Shown here: positions 35,262-43,425 of the stretch, piece after piece
Numbering within the stretch: position 1 is the first letter of the stretch
Layout of the letters: each line of letters starts with the position of its first letter
Assembly (NCBI GenBank): GCA_945862545.1
Contig: CAMAYS010000001.1
Location: forward strand, 34,394 to 98,393
Direction of reading: 5' to 3'
DNA length: 64,000 bases
Source: Bifidobacterium breve
GTDB taxonomy: Bacteria > Actinomycetota > Acidimicrobiia > Acidimicrobiales > Ilumatobacteraceae
Notes under the pieces: model-generated
Databases searched by the model: none
The model's input: the letters and a program-made list of their open reading frames with translations, nothing else
Told to the model about the DNA's origin: nothing
Program-made: the position numbers and the translations under genes

Positions 35262-36095
35262 TCAGGCACTGCGCTGACGGATGCTCTTGTGCTGCCTCAT
35301 GACCGATGTTTGGCTTACATTTCCGAGCAACGTTCCGCTCTCTGACCACAGACTTGCGCTGCCATGGCCAAAACCGTTAGCGACTTGATGAACCCGTATG
35401 GAGATCAATACCCATTCAGTGGGGACGAGAGTGCCGATGCGAATTGTGTTGTCAAGACTATTGCCAGCGAATGGGGCACCAATAGCATCAGCGAATCCGA
35501 GTGGCATGAAGTCACCGATAAAGGCAATGTCGGAAGATGTCACCATTCGAGATCCTTCCCAGCACTTGACCCACAGGGCGAATGAGCCATCACCTTTATT
35601 CTTTGATATAGCGATGTCATCAAGTTGTCGGCCATGAGCAAGACGGAAATCACTGAGGTCACCTAGATGTCCAGCCCCCCGTTCGAAAAATCGGTAGCGC
35701 GGGCAGTCATTGGGAGCAGCGACGGTGAGCGGTTGGTCCCATTGGTCATCCATGGTGGTGTCACGACTACCCATGGCCGCGTGGGTAGTCAAGATTTCTT
35801 GGCCTGATCGGGATAAAACGCAGCGCACCTGGCTTGTGTTATAGCCACTCACTTCAACGTTGACATCGATGTTCAGTGATTCAGTTCCTGGAGCGAACGA
35901 CAGGTACTGTGCCGTGGCCCAGATAGTTGGTCGTCCAGTAACAATTTCCATAGCGGCTGTTGTTGCTCCGAGACCAGCGCCCCCTTGCAAGGTACCCGCT
36001 GGCGTGAGAAGCACCGAGGCCGGGGTCCAATGAAATCGCTTGCCACCATCGGGGAGGTCATCGACGGTATCAAAATTGAAATGATCAATAGCCAT
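35262..36095 (-). CDS. acyl-CoA thioesterase II (TesB)-like double-hotdog protein
   Basis: 277-aa ORF. Pattern LQGGAGLGATTAAME... and C-terminal HQVANGFGHGSASLWSESGTLLG resembles TesB-type thioesterases. Assignment by eye only. Confidence 0.6.
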   Translation of the reverse strand: MAIDHFNFDTVDDLPDGGKRFHWTPASVLLTPAGTLQGGAGLGATTAAMEIVTGRPTIWATAQYLSFAPGTESLNIDVNVEVSGYNTSQVRCVLSRSGQEILTTHAAMGSRDTTMDDQWDQPLTVAAPNDCPRYRFFERGAGHLGDLSDFRLAHGRQLDDIAISKNKGDGSFALWVKCWEGSRMVTSSDIAFIGDFMPLGFADAIGAPFAGNSLDNTIRIGTLVPTEWVLISIRVHQVANGFGHGSASLWSESGTLLGNVSQTSVMRQHKSIRQRSA

Positions 36096-36101
36096 ATTGT
36101 G

Positions 36102-36785
36102 TCAACGTGGCGTGGAATTGGAAGATGTGCTTCGGGGGCTTGACCAGATCACCTGTGCGGCCTGCTCGATTGCATCTGCACGCGCGATGCGCCCATCATA
36201 GAGACCCGAGTAAAACCACAATCTTTCAAGAAGTGCAACAATTGTCAAGCCAAGTATTTCTGGTTGCTCAAGCGTTTTGTTAGAGGCTTTTGAGAGCGCG
36301 CCGGAAAGTGAACGACATATTTTGAGGTGACGCTTCATTCCCGCAAGACGAATTTCTTCGTCATTCTGCGCGGCTTGAGTCCAGGCAAAAGCGAAAGCTC
36401 CGTGGACATCTAGAAAGGAGAAATATTTGCTCACCCATTGGGTCGTTCCGATGCGCGTGCGACCTAAGTCAGCGAGCTCATCAATCAACGCTGTGACTTC
36501 TTGAGCGCTATGTGCCCCTACGGCTAAAAGCACCTCGCGTTTTGTGGGGAAGTAGGTATAGAACGAAGCACGTGATACCTCGGCGATACGAGTGATCTCG
36601 TCAATGGTCGTTCCTGCATAGCCGTGGGTCAGGAAGACCTCTCGCGTGGCTTCAACAATTCGCATAATCGTATGCTGAGCACGGGGTCCTAACTCTTGAG
36701 CCGGCTGGCGCAAAGAGGCTGGAGGAAGAAATGCTCCGATTCCATTGGTTATTGATTTCTCTACAGACTTTTGGGCTCTGACCAT
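36102..36785 (-). CDS. TetR-family transcriptional regulator
   Basis: 227-aa ORF. HTH IMRIVEATREVFLTHGYAGTTIDEITRIAEVSRASFYTYFPTKREVL. A near-consensus TGAC-N6-GTCA dyad lies 6 nt upstream of its ATG. Confidence 0.85.
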   Translation of the reverse strand: MVRAQKSVEKSITNGIGAFLPPASLRQPAQELGPRAQHTIMRIVEATREVFLTHGYAGTTIDEITRIAEVSRASFYTYFPTKREVLLAVGAHSAQEVTALIDELADLGRTRIGTTQWVSKYFSFLDVHGAFAFAWTQAAQNDEEIRLAGMKRHLKICRSLSGALSKASNKTLEQPEILGLTIVALLERLWFYSGLYDGRIARADAIEQAAQVIWSSPRSTSSNSTPR

Positions 36786-36791
36786 AGTTAT

Positions 36792-36805
36792 TGACGATAC
36801 TGTTA
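36792..36805. promoter_or_regulatory. motif 1 dyad, one mismatch (TGACGATACTGTTA)
   Basis: 6 nt upstream of the ATG (36785) of TetR gene 36102..36785. Confidence 0.35.
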
Positions 36806-36868
36806 AGTGGCTGATAACCCACTAAAGAGAGCGCCGATTATCGTCGAATTGAAGTGACCGTTGATGAC

Positions 36869-37213
36869 TTAGGTATTCGGTACTTTGTATTTGGATCCAT
36901 CCCAGTAATCGCGATTCGCGCATATTTTGCCTTCGGCCAATGAGCCAATAGAAACGCCGGCTACACCCATGGGGTGCATAATCCATTCAATTGCATAATC
37001 AGTGTCAGTGCTGTGGTGCCCGATGTATTCGAAGCGTGCGTCGGGGACGTTGTGAAACGAGGCTTCAATGAAACGACGCATATTTTTAGCTCCCTTAGCG
37101 CCGTGACCGATGGTTGTGTCATGGTATTCAATATCGTCGGTAAAAAAAGCCATTACTTGATCAACATCAAGGGTCTCCCATGATGCAAGGTATTCGCTGA
37201 AAAAGTTAGACAT
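36869..37213 (-). CDS. NTF2-like / SnoaL-like (ketosteroid-isomerase-fold) small protein
   Basis: 114-aa ORF. Size and pattern (YLASWETLDVDQVMAFFTDDIEYHDTT...RDYWD) typical of the SnoaL/NTF2 fold. Confidence 0.6.
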   Translation of the reverse strand: MSNFFSEYLASWETLDVDQVMAFFTDDIEYHDTTIGHGAKGAKNMRRFIEASFHNVPDARFEYIGHHSTDTDYAIEWIMHPMGVAGVSIGSLAEGKICANRDYWDGSKYKVPNT

Positions 37214-37246
37214 ATGCCCCCCGTTGTTTAGTTGTTTAATACTAAG

Positions 37247-38461
37247 TCACGGCTCTTTAGGTAAACCGAGAATATTTTCGGCGATGATATTGCGTTGAAT
37301 TTGTGATGTTCCTGCATAGACCGTTCCGCTTCGAGCATTCATGAGGGTGACATCGATCCAGGAGTTGCTGGAGTTTGCTGCACCAGGTTCGTCGGCTCGA
37401 AAGTGTTTTAATGGCTTACGCCCTTCGCGAACCATGGCCCGTGCACCTAGTAACTCCAAAGCTAGATCCGCTGCCCTTTGGTGATATTCACTCCAATAAA
37501 GTTTTGAAATGGAGGCAGCTGGTCCAATTTTCCCTTCATGGATAATCTGCGTGAGGATGCGATACCCAAGAAAGCGCATCGTCTCCACCTTCATGTGACA
37601 CCAAGCGATACGGTCTCTGATGACTGGGTCATTGATCCGCCCTACCTCGCGCGCTAATGAAATGATCCGATCAAGTTCAGCTCGGAAAAATATTGGATTA
37701 GTAGCGGCCTCTTCACCTCGTTCAAGACCGAGAAGACTATTGGCCACCTTCCAGCCTTCATTTATCGGACCCAACGTATTCTTTATTGAAACGCGGGCAT
37801 TGGTGAAGAAAACCTCACAGAACTCGTCGTCCCCAGTGAGGGTTCGGATTGGGCGCACTTCAACGCCGGAATGCGGCAGCGGACAGAGTATGAAGGTGAT
37901 GCCACGATGTTTCGGGGCATCGGGATCTGTTCTTGCCAAAAGAAAAATGCCTGTGCCTTGTAGACCGCAGGATGTCCATATTTTCTGACCGTTAATCACC
38001 CATTCATCTCCGTCACAAACGGCATGAAGTTTGATGCTTGCCAAATCAGATCCCGAGTCAGGTTCGCTGTACCCCTGCACCCAGGTGTCCTCGCCCGAGA
38101 CGATACGTGGTAAATACTTAAGCTTTTGTTCTTCGGTCCCCCAATGAACAAGGGTATTTCCTAACATTTTGACGCTGGTGGTATCTGGGACACGATAAAC
38201 AGGGACTCCAGCTTTAGCGAACTCTTCGGCAAGTACCACTTGTTCAATTTTTGAGCGTCCTTGCCCGCCGTATTCCTTGGGCCATGTAATGCCGATCATT
38301 CCATTCTTGGCCAGAACGTCGCGCCAGTGCTCTATGAAGAGATACGAATCTTGGCGTTCAAGCGCTCCCAGCCCGTGCCAGTCGGCGGGAAGATTGGCCT
38401 TGAGAAATGCGCGCACCCGAATGCGAAACTCCTCTGCTTCGGGGGGAAACTTCAGATCCAT
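37247..38461 (-). CDS. acyl-CoA dehydrogenase
   Basis: ORF track 37247..38542. ATG 38461 avoids overlap with the upstream gene (MDLKFPPEAEEFRIRVRAFL...). YSEPDSGSDLASI, GQKIWTS, GTSQIQRNIIAENILGLPKEP. Confidence 0.85.
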   Translation of the reverse strand: MDLKFPPEAEEFRIRVRAFLKANLPADWHGLGALERQDSYLFIEHWRDVLAKNGMIGITWPKEYGGQGRSKIEQVVLAEEFAKAGVPVYRVPDTTSVKMLGNTLVHWGTEEQKLKYLPRIVSGEDTWVQGYSEPDSGSDLASIKLHAVCDGDEWVINGQKIWTSCGLQGTGIFLLARTDPDAPKHRGITFILCPLPHSGVEVRPIRTLTGDDEFCEVFFTNARVSIKNTLGPINEGWKVANSLLGLERGEEAATNPIFFRAELDRIISLAREVGRINDPVIRDRIAWCHMKVETMRFLGYRILTQIIHEGKIGPAASISKLYWSEYHQRAADLALELLGARAMVREGRKPLKHFRADEPGAANSSNSWIDVTLMNARSGTVYAGTSQIQRNIIAENILGLPKEP

Positions 38462-38483
38462 AGTTTCGCAGCTTGCTGCAGTT

Positions 38484-39434
38484 TCATAGGGCACCAATTC
38501 GAGGAACCACTCGAGTCGCTTGGAGGCGATCTCCGATTTCATGTTCTAAGGTACGCCAATCTCCGAATTCGCGATCGAGGATATAAACCCGTCGGAGATA
38601 TCGGTGAAATTCGTGTTCCCAGGTAAAGCCGATCGCTCCGTAACATTGCTGAACTTGTGTGCAAGCATTTTCGGCGGCACGACCGGCGAGACATTTAGCC
38701 ACTAGGGCGGTCCATTCGTCCCCTTGTTCGGCCGCTTCAGTAGCCAAGTTTCCCGCGCCGACAACAAGGCAATGAGCGCTCGCCAAACGATGTTGTAGAG
38801 CCTGAAAAACGCCGATCGGTTTTCCGTACTGAACGCGCTGGGCGGTGTATTCGACGGCCGAGGCAACGACATGTCGTCCAATACCAACGAGTTCGGCGGC
38901 GATCATTCGACGTCCTGCTGCAACAACGGCAGTACTCGCTTCGGTGCTCAGTCGTGCGACAGATGCAATGGGCACCTCACCGTGGACAAGTCGGCGATTT
39001 GCCGAATCATCGGTTCCTTGCAGCGGCGAAATAGTTAGATGAGATGAGGCACAGGTGGACAACTGTTCGCCGGTGAAAAATATGACCTGTGACCCGAGAT
39101 TCGTTGCGCTCGTGACACCTTCAACTTTGACGGTATCTCCCGAAGTCCGCGGATTGCTCAAAGGAGAGGGAAGCAAAATGCTGTGATTAGGCCCAACACT
39201 TGGGTCAGTGAGTGAAGCCACTCGTACCAACTCTGGTCCTAAAGCATCCACGCTTGAGAGTGTTTCACCTTTGATTTCAAATAGCACTCGAAGAGCTGTG
39301 GCTGCGTCAACCTTGAGGACCTCTTCCCATCCGAGTTCTTCAAGGCGCCTGACGAATGACTCGTTGTGCCCTTCGCGCATGAGGGCATGGAGGCTAATGC
39401 GCAACATATCGAGGGTGTCCTGATCAAGTTTCAT
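38484..39434 (-). CDS. acyl-CoA dehydrogenase beta-like subunit (no obvious catalytic base or N-terminal FAD motifs)
   Basis: ORF track 38484..39551. ATG 39434 lies 5 nt after the stop of the upstream ACAD (MKLDQDTLDMLRISL...). C-terminal ACAD helices QRVQYGKPIGVFQALQHRL and GAIGFTWEHEFHRYLRR. Confidence 0.75.
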   Translation of the reverse strand: MKLDQDTLDMLRISLHALMREGHNESFVRRLEELGWEEVLKVDAATALRVLFEIKGETLSSVDALGPELVRVASLTDPSVGPNHSILLPSPLSNPRTSGDTVKVEGVTSATNLGSQVIFFTGEQLSTCASSHLTISPLQGTDDSANRRLVHGEVPIASVARLSTEASTAVVAAGRRMIAAELVGIGRHVVASAVEYTAQRVQYGKPIGVFQALQHRLASAHCLVVGAGNLATEAAEQGDEWTALVAKCLAGRAAENACTQVQQCYGAIGFTWEHEFHRYLRRVYILDREFGDWRTLEHEIGDRLQATRVVPRIGAL

Positions 39435-39439
39435 CACGT

Positions 39440-40576
39440 TTAACCTCTCGGCATTCCAAGAACGCGCTGCGCGACTAGGGTTCGCTGAATTTCTTGCGAA
39501 CCACCATAAATTGGTGCTGCGCGGCTGAACATGAAGTCGTGCCTCAGCCAATCCAAGCTTGGGTCAACTTCAAAACGTTCGCCGAGGTGATATCTAATGG
39601 CATCCCACGCTGCTAGTTCAGCGTCAATGAGTAACAGTTTGTCGACTGAAACTTCGGGACCGAGGGACTCTTCGCGAGCAAGACATTCGACGGTGTGGCG
39701 TGTCTGTAATCGTAAGGCTGACATCAACGCATAAGCAGCGCCGATATCGGCCGAGTGACGCGGATTAGAGGAAGCGTTTTGGAGTGCTTGTTCCAACCTT
39801 TTGTGAAAACGACCTTGCTGCAACCAGCCCCAAGCACCGCGTTCCCATTGCAGCATGTACATCGCAACTTCCCACCCCTGACCGAGTTGGCCGATCACAC
39901 GATCTGCAGGAACGAAAGCTCCATCAAGGAAAATTTCTGAAAAATGATTCTCACCATCCTGTGCTGTGATCGGTCGCACCTCGGCACCTTCTTGATCTAC
40001 GTCAACGAGGACCATAGTGAGTCCTTTATGCCCTGGTCCGCCAGAACGTGCGAGTAAGACTGATCGATTTGATAAGTGCCCGAGAGTGGACCAAACCTTT
40101 TGACCGTATAGCCGATATCCATCTCCATCAGGCTCAAGGCGGGTTCGCAAACTAGCTAGGTCACTGCCAGCGTCGGGCTCGGAAAAGGCTTGCGACCAGA
40201 TGTCGTCGCCGCGGAGCAAACCGGGTAGCAATGTCTCGGCAAGATGCGGTGAGTACACCAACAAGACGGGTACCAGAATCTCGAGCGTGGTGTATGGCTC
40301 GGGGATCTGAATATCAAGGTCCCATAGCGTTTGAAACATGGCCGCGCGAAAGCGCGGGTCACCACCAAATCCACCGGCCTTCTCGGGCCAGCCGAGTCGT
40401 GACCAACCTGAATCAAAAAGTAAGGATTGCAATCCAGAGAGGTGTTTTGTGGAGGCTTCAAGACTTGGCGTGTGGTAACCGATGTAGGGAGTAGCTAATG
40501 GTTCTTGACTGAGAAAAATACGAAGCGCGTCACCATAAGCAGAAGGTGAATCAAACATTGACGCGTCGGGAATCAT
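39440..40576 (-). CDS. acyl-CoA dehydrogenase alpha-like subunit
   Basis: 378-aa ORF. FSEPDAGSDLASL, GQKVWSTLGH, GGSQEIQRTLVAQRVLGMPRG. Confidence 0.85.
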   Translation of the reverse strand: MIPDASMFDSPSAYGDALRIFLSQEPLATPYIGYHTPSLEASTKHLSGLQSLLFDSGWSRLGWPEKAGGFGGDPRFRAAMFQTLWDLDIQIPEPYTTLEILVPVLLVYSPHLAETLLPGLLRGDDIWSQAFSEPDAGSDLASLRTRLEPDGDGYRLYGQKVWSTLGHLSNRSVLLARSGGPGHKGLTMVLVDVDQEGAEVRPITAQDGENHFSEIFLDGAFVPADRVIGQLGQGWEVAMYMLQWERGAWGWLQQGRFHKRLEQALQNASSNPRHSADIGAAYALMSALRLQTRHTVECLAREESLGPEVSVDKLLLIDAELAAWDAIRYHLGERFEVDPSLDWLRHDFMFSRAAPIYGGSQEIQRTLVAQRVLGMPRG

Positions 40577-40588
40577 GTAAATCTCCTT

Positions 40589-41488
40589 TTAAGAACTGAG
40601 GTATGTCTGAGCAAACTCTCCAATGAAATTGGCAGCCATCGGATGGGGGCCTCGGGGACCAGACAACACCATCCAAGTCGCTCCGAGTTCAGCAATTCGT
40701 CCGAGTGTGTCACGGTGGCGTTCGACCTCCACTGAGGTTTCATAGATTGACGAATCCGAGTACGACAGAACGATGTCAAGGTTTGTAAATCGATCCCCAG
40801 CGAGTCGCTTGAGCATGTGTAATCGATCAACCACATCATCAACTGAAGTCATCGATGGAGAGCGCACGGTAGAGAACATCCCTTCGGGTCCGATCAGTGG
40901 CATCCATCCTTGAGCTCGTTCCGCAACACGACGAATCGTCAGTGAAGCATTGCCACCAATCCAGATTGGAATGGGTTGTTGTACCGGTCGCGGAAGACCG
41001 ATGGTGTCACGGCAACTGAAATGTGTACCTTGATAGTCAAAAGGTTTGCCTGCCCAATGCAGTGGCAAGACGTCAAGAGCTTCATCGAAAAGTACATTGC
41101 GTTCTTCAAAGTCCACGCCGAGAGCAAAGTATTCGGCTTTGAGATAACCGGTGCCCACCCCGAGGATAAAGCGACCGTTAGATAATTTGTCGACAGTGGC
41201 AGCGGATTTCGCTAGGGAGAGAGGGTTGCGGTAGGGGAGAACTGCCAGGTATGTGAGTAACTTCAGGCGACTGGTCACGGCGGCGACATGCGCCAGGGCA
41301 ACAAACGGATCGAGGCTTTGGTGACCACCAGTAGACAACCATTTTGCGGTCGGTGCTGGATGCTCGGTGAAGGAGAAGCCATCCCAGCCATGTGCTTCGG
41401 CCAAAATAGCGAGTTCTGATACTGGTCCAGCATCAAGCATGTCACCTTCTAAGCCGTTGAAATCGGGGTATTGAAAGATGAACTTCAT
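40589..41488 (-). CDS. LLM-class (probably F420-dependent) oxidoreductase
   Basis: 299-aa ORF. GWDGFSFTEHPAP, RFILGVGTGYLKAEYFALGVDFEERN. Confidence 0.8.
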   Translation of the reverse strand: MKFIFQYPDFNGLEGDMLDAGPVSELAILAEAHGWDGFSFTEHPAPTAKWLSTGGHQSLDPFVALAHVAAVTSRLKLLTYLAVLPYRNPLSLAKSAATVDKLSNGRFILGVGTGYLKAEYFALGVDFEERNVLFDEALDVLPLHWAGKPFDYQGTHFSCRDTIGLPRPVQQPIPIWIGGNASLTIRRVAERAQGWMPLIGPEGMFSTVRSPSMTSVDDVVDRLHMLKRLAGDRFTNLDIVLSYSDSSIYETSVEVERHRDTLGRIAELGATWMVLSGPRGPHPMAANFIGEFAQTYLSS

Positions 41489-41502
41489 AGAGAAACCTTA
41501 CT

Positions 41503-41516
41503 TGATACTTATGTCA
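41503..41516. promoter_or_regulatory. motif 1 dyad, one mismatch (TGATACTTATGTCA)
   Basis: 14 nt upstream of ATG 41488 (LLM/ACAD operon). Confidence 0.3.
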
Positions 41517-41601
41517 AGTTCTTCCTCGCCGAAGCTAGGTGAATGGCTTCAACCTGTTATTTTAAATTCACCATCGTGAAGTTGAGCGAAGTCTGTCGCC
41601 C

Positions 41602-42507
41602 TCAAGAAGGGGGTGGAGATCTGTAGTGCTGTAAAACCGATGATGGCAATATGTTGGAAAACCCCTCATCAGGCCAATTCAGCCAACCAGCTGAAGCGAA
41701 GGTACCACCGTCGGGATGCAAAGTCATTCCCGTCATATAGGACGATAGTCCTGATGCGAGGAAAATGACGGCGTTGGATATATCAGAGGGCGTTCCTAGT
41801 CGCCCCATGGGAACAGAAGTGTGAATATTTATTGGGTTAAGCATCGGATGACTTGACTCGGTGCTGCCGATACCCAGCATATTTGGAGTTGGTGCTAGGT
41901 CTGGTGCAACATTGTTGACCCGAATCCCCTCGGGTGCTAACTCAATAGCCAATGAACGCGCAAACTGAGCGACCGCTGCTTTAGCTGCCGAATACACGGC
42001 GAAGTTTGGTGCAGCGCGGTAACCCTCAATCGTTGTGATATTGATGATGCTCCCTGCGCGACCGCCGGCACGCATGGCAGGCACAGCGCGCGATGTGGCT
42101 TGGAGAACATGTGTCAGATTGGTGCGAATGAGAGCATCCCAGGCACGTTCACTTTGTTCGGTGAAAGCCCCCTTGAAGGTTCCGCCGACGACATTGACGA
42201 GTATGTCGAGGCGCTTCCATTTATCGGCGACAGCCTCGAAAAGGGCGTCAAGGTCATCTGATTTGTGGACATCTCCAGTGTGCACAATCGCCTCAACGCC
42301 GCGTGAAATGAGTTCTTTGGAAATACGCTTTGTGGCAGCCTCGTCGCGGTCAATAAGCGCGATGTTCACGCCGTTACTGGCCAGGTCAAGGGTAATAGCT
42401 TCACCAAGACCTCCAGCGCCCCCAGTGATGATCGCTGTCTTGCCGATCAGATTGGCGCGGTCCAACCACCATCGTCCCGATCGATCCTCTGCATCAACTT
42501 GGCTCAT
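41602..42507 (-). CDS. SDR family oxidoreductase
   Basis: ORF track 41602..42687. ATG 42507 is preceded by AGGAG (MSQVDAEDRSGRWW...). ITGGAGGLGEAI and YSAAKAA. Confidence 0.85.
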   Translation of the reverse strand: MSQVDAEDRSGRWWLDRANLIGKTAIITGGAGGLGEAITLDLASNGVNIALIDRDEAATKRISKELISRGVEAIVHTGDVHKSDDLDALFEAVADKWKRLDILVNVVGGTFKGAFTEQSERAWDALIRTNLTHVLQATSRAVPAMRAGGRAGSIINITTIEGYRAAPNFAVYSAAKAAVAQFARSLAIELAPEGIRVNNVAPDLAPTPNMLGIGSTESSHPMLNPINIHTSVPMGRLGTPSDISNAVIFLASGLSSYMTGMTLHPDGGTFASAGWLNWPDEGFSNILPSSVLQHYRSPPPS

Positions 42508-42540
42508 ATCCGGACTCCTATTCGTCTTCCTTTGGCATTC

Positions 42541-42554
42541 TGACATAATTGTCA
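42541..42554. promoter_or_regulatory. motif 1 dyad TGACATAATTGTCA
   Basis: Perfect TGACA-N4-TGTCA, centred in the 83-nt region between divergent SDR genes (ATG 42507 and ATG 42591). Confidence 0.45.
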
Positions 42555-42590
42555 AGTACAAAGATGAACAGCATTCGTTGGAGGAGAGAC

Positions 42591-43382
42591 ATGGACTTAC
42601 AGATGCGTGGCAAAAGGTTTCTGGTTGTGGGTGGAACAGCAGGCATTGGGCTCGCGGCAGCATCGGTCCTAGCCGCGGAGGGGGCAAGTATTGCTGTGAT
42701 TGGACGAAATCAGCAGCGACTTGATGAAGCAGTGGAGCATCTTTGTGTTGGGGCGACTTCAGAGGTATTCGGGGTGCGGGGTGATGTCAGCACTCATGCT
42801 GGAGCGCTCGATGCGGTTAATCGAGCGGTTGAATTTTTGGGAGGGCTTAACGGGGTGGCCATAACAACTGGTCTGATTGGTCATGAACCGATTGCCATTT
42901 CCGATGCTCGGTGGGTTGAAGTTTTCAGCGATGTTTTCATGGGTACCGTTCGCGTGGTGGAAGCTTGTCTGCCATATCTTGTGAGTACACAAGGCTCCAT
43001 TGTGACTACAGCCGCCTATTCAATTCGAGCACCAGAGATAGCTCGTCTTCCCTATGCATCAATGAAAAGCGCGGTCGCAACATTTACCAAGGGCATCGCC
43101 AAGGCCTACGGTCAGGAGGGTGTACGCGCTAACTGCGTGGCTCCTGGAGCGATTGAAACAGCATCCCTGACTGCTTTACGGCGCCATGTTTCAGAGACAA
43201 AAGGCATTCCGTATAACGAGGCCTTGGAGCGAGTGATGGTTGATGAATGGCATCTTGATATTGCGTTACAAAGACCAGGTCGCGCAACTGAGGTAGGAAA
43301 TCTCATCGCATTTGTTTTGTCTGATCTCGCCGCTTATATGACTGGAACATTGATCAATATTGATGGTGGGACAAACTTTTAA
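42591..43382 (+). CDS. SDR family oxidoreductase
   Basis: ORF track 42549..43382. ATG 42591 is preceded by GGAGGAG (MDLQMRGKRFLVVGGTAGIGLA...). YASMKSA. Confidence 0.85.
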   Translation: MDLQMRGKRFLVVGGTAGIGLAAASVLAAEGASIAVIGRNQQRLDEAVEHLCVGATSEVFGVRGDVSTHAGALDAVNRAVEFLGGLNGVAITTGLIGHEPIAISDARWVEVFSDVFMGTVRVVEACLPYLVSTQGSIVTTAAYSIRAPEIARLPYASMKSAVATFTKGIAKAYGQEGVRANCVAPGAIETASLTALRRHVSETKGIPYNEALERVMVDEWHLDIALQRPGRATEVGNLIAFVLSDLAAYMTGTLINIDGGTNF

Positions 43383-43425
43383 TCACTTCCAAGGCAAAGA
43401 TTATGAATAAGTCTTGCGTGATTAT

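Noticed and set aside
41535-41601. Inverted repeat GGTGAAT ... ATTCACC upstream of the LLM/ACAD operon
   Set aside because: A 7-bp stem with a loop of more than 20 nt, found nowhere else in the window. Probably chance.
42035-42724. 229-aa plus-strand ORF
   Set aside because: Antisense to SDR 41602..42507 and overlaps the start of SDR 42591..43382 in another frame. The Arg/Ser/Ala-rich composition points to a shadow ORF.
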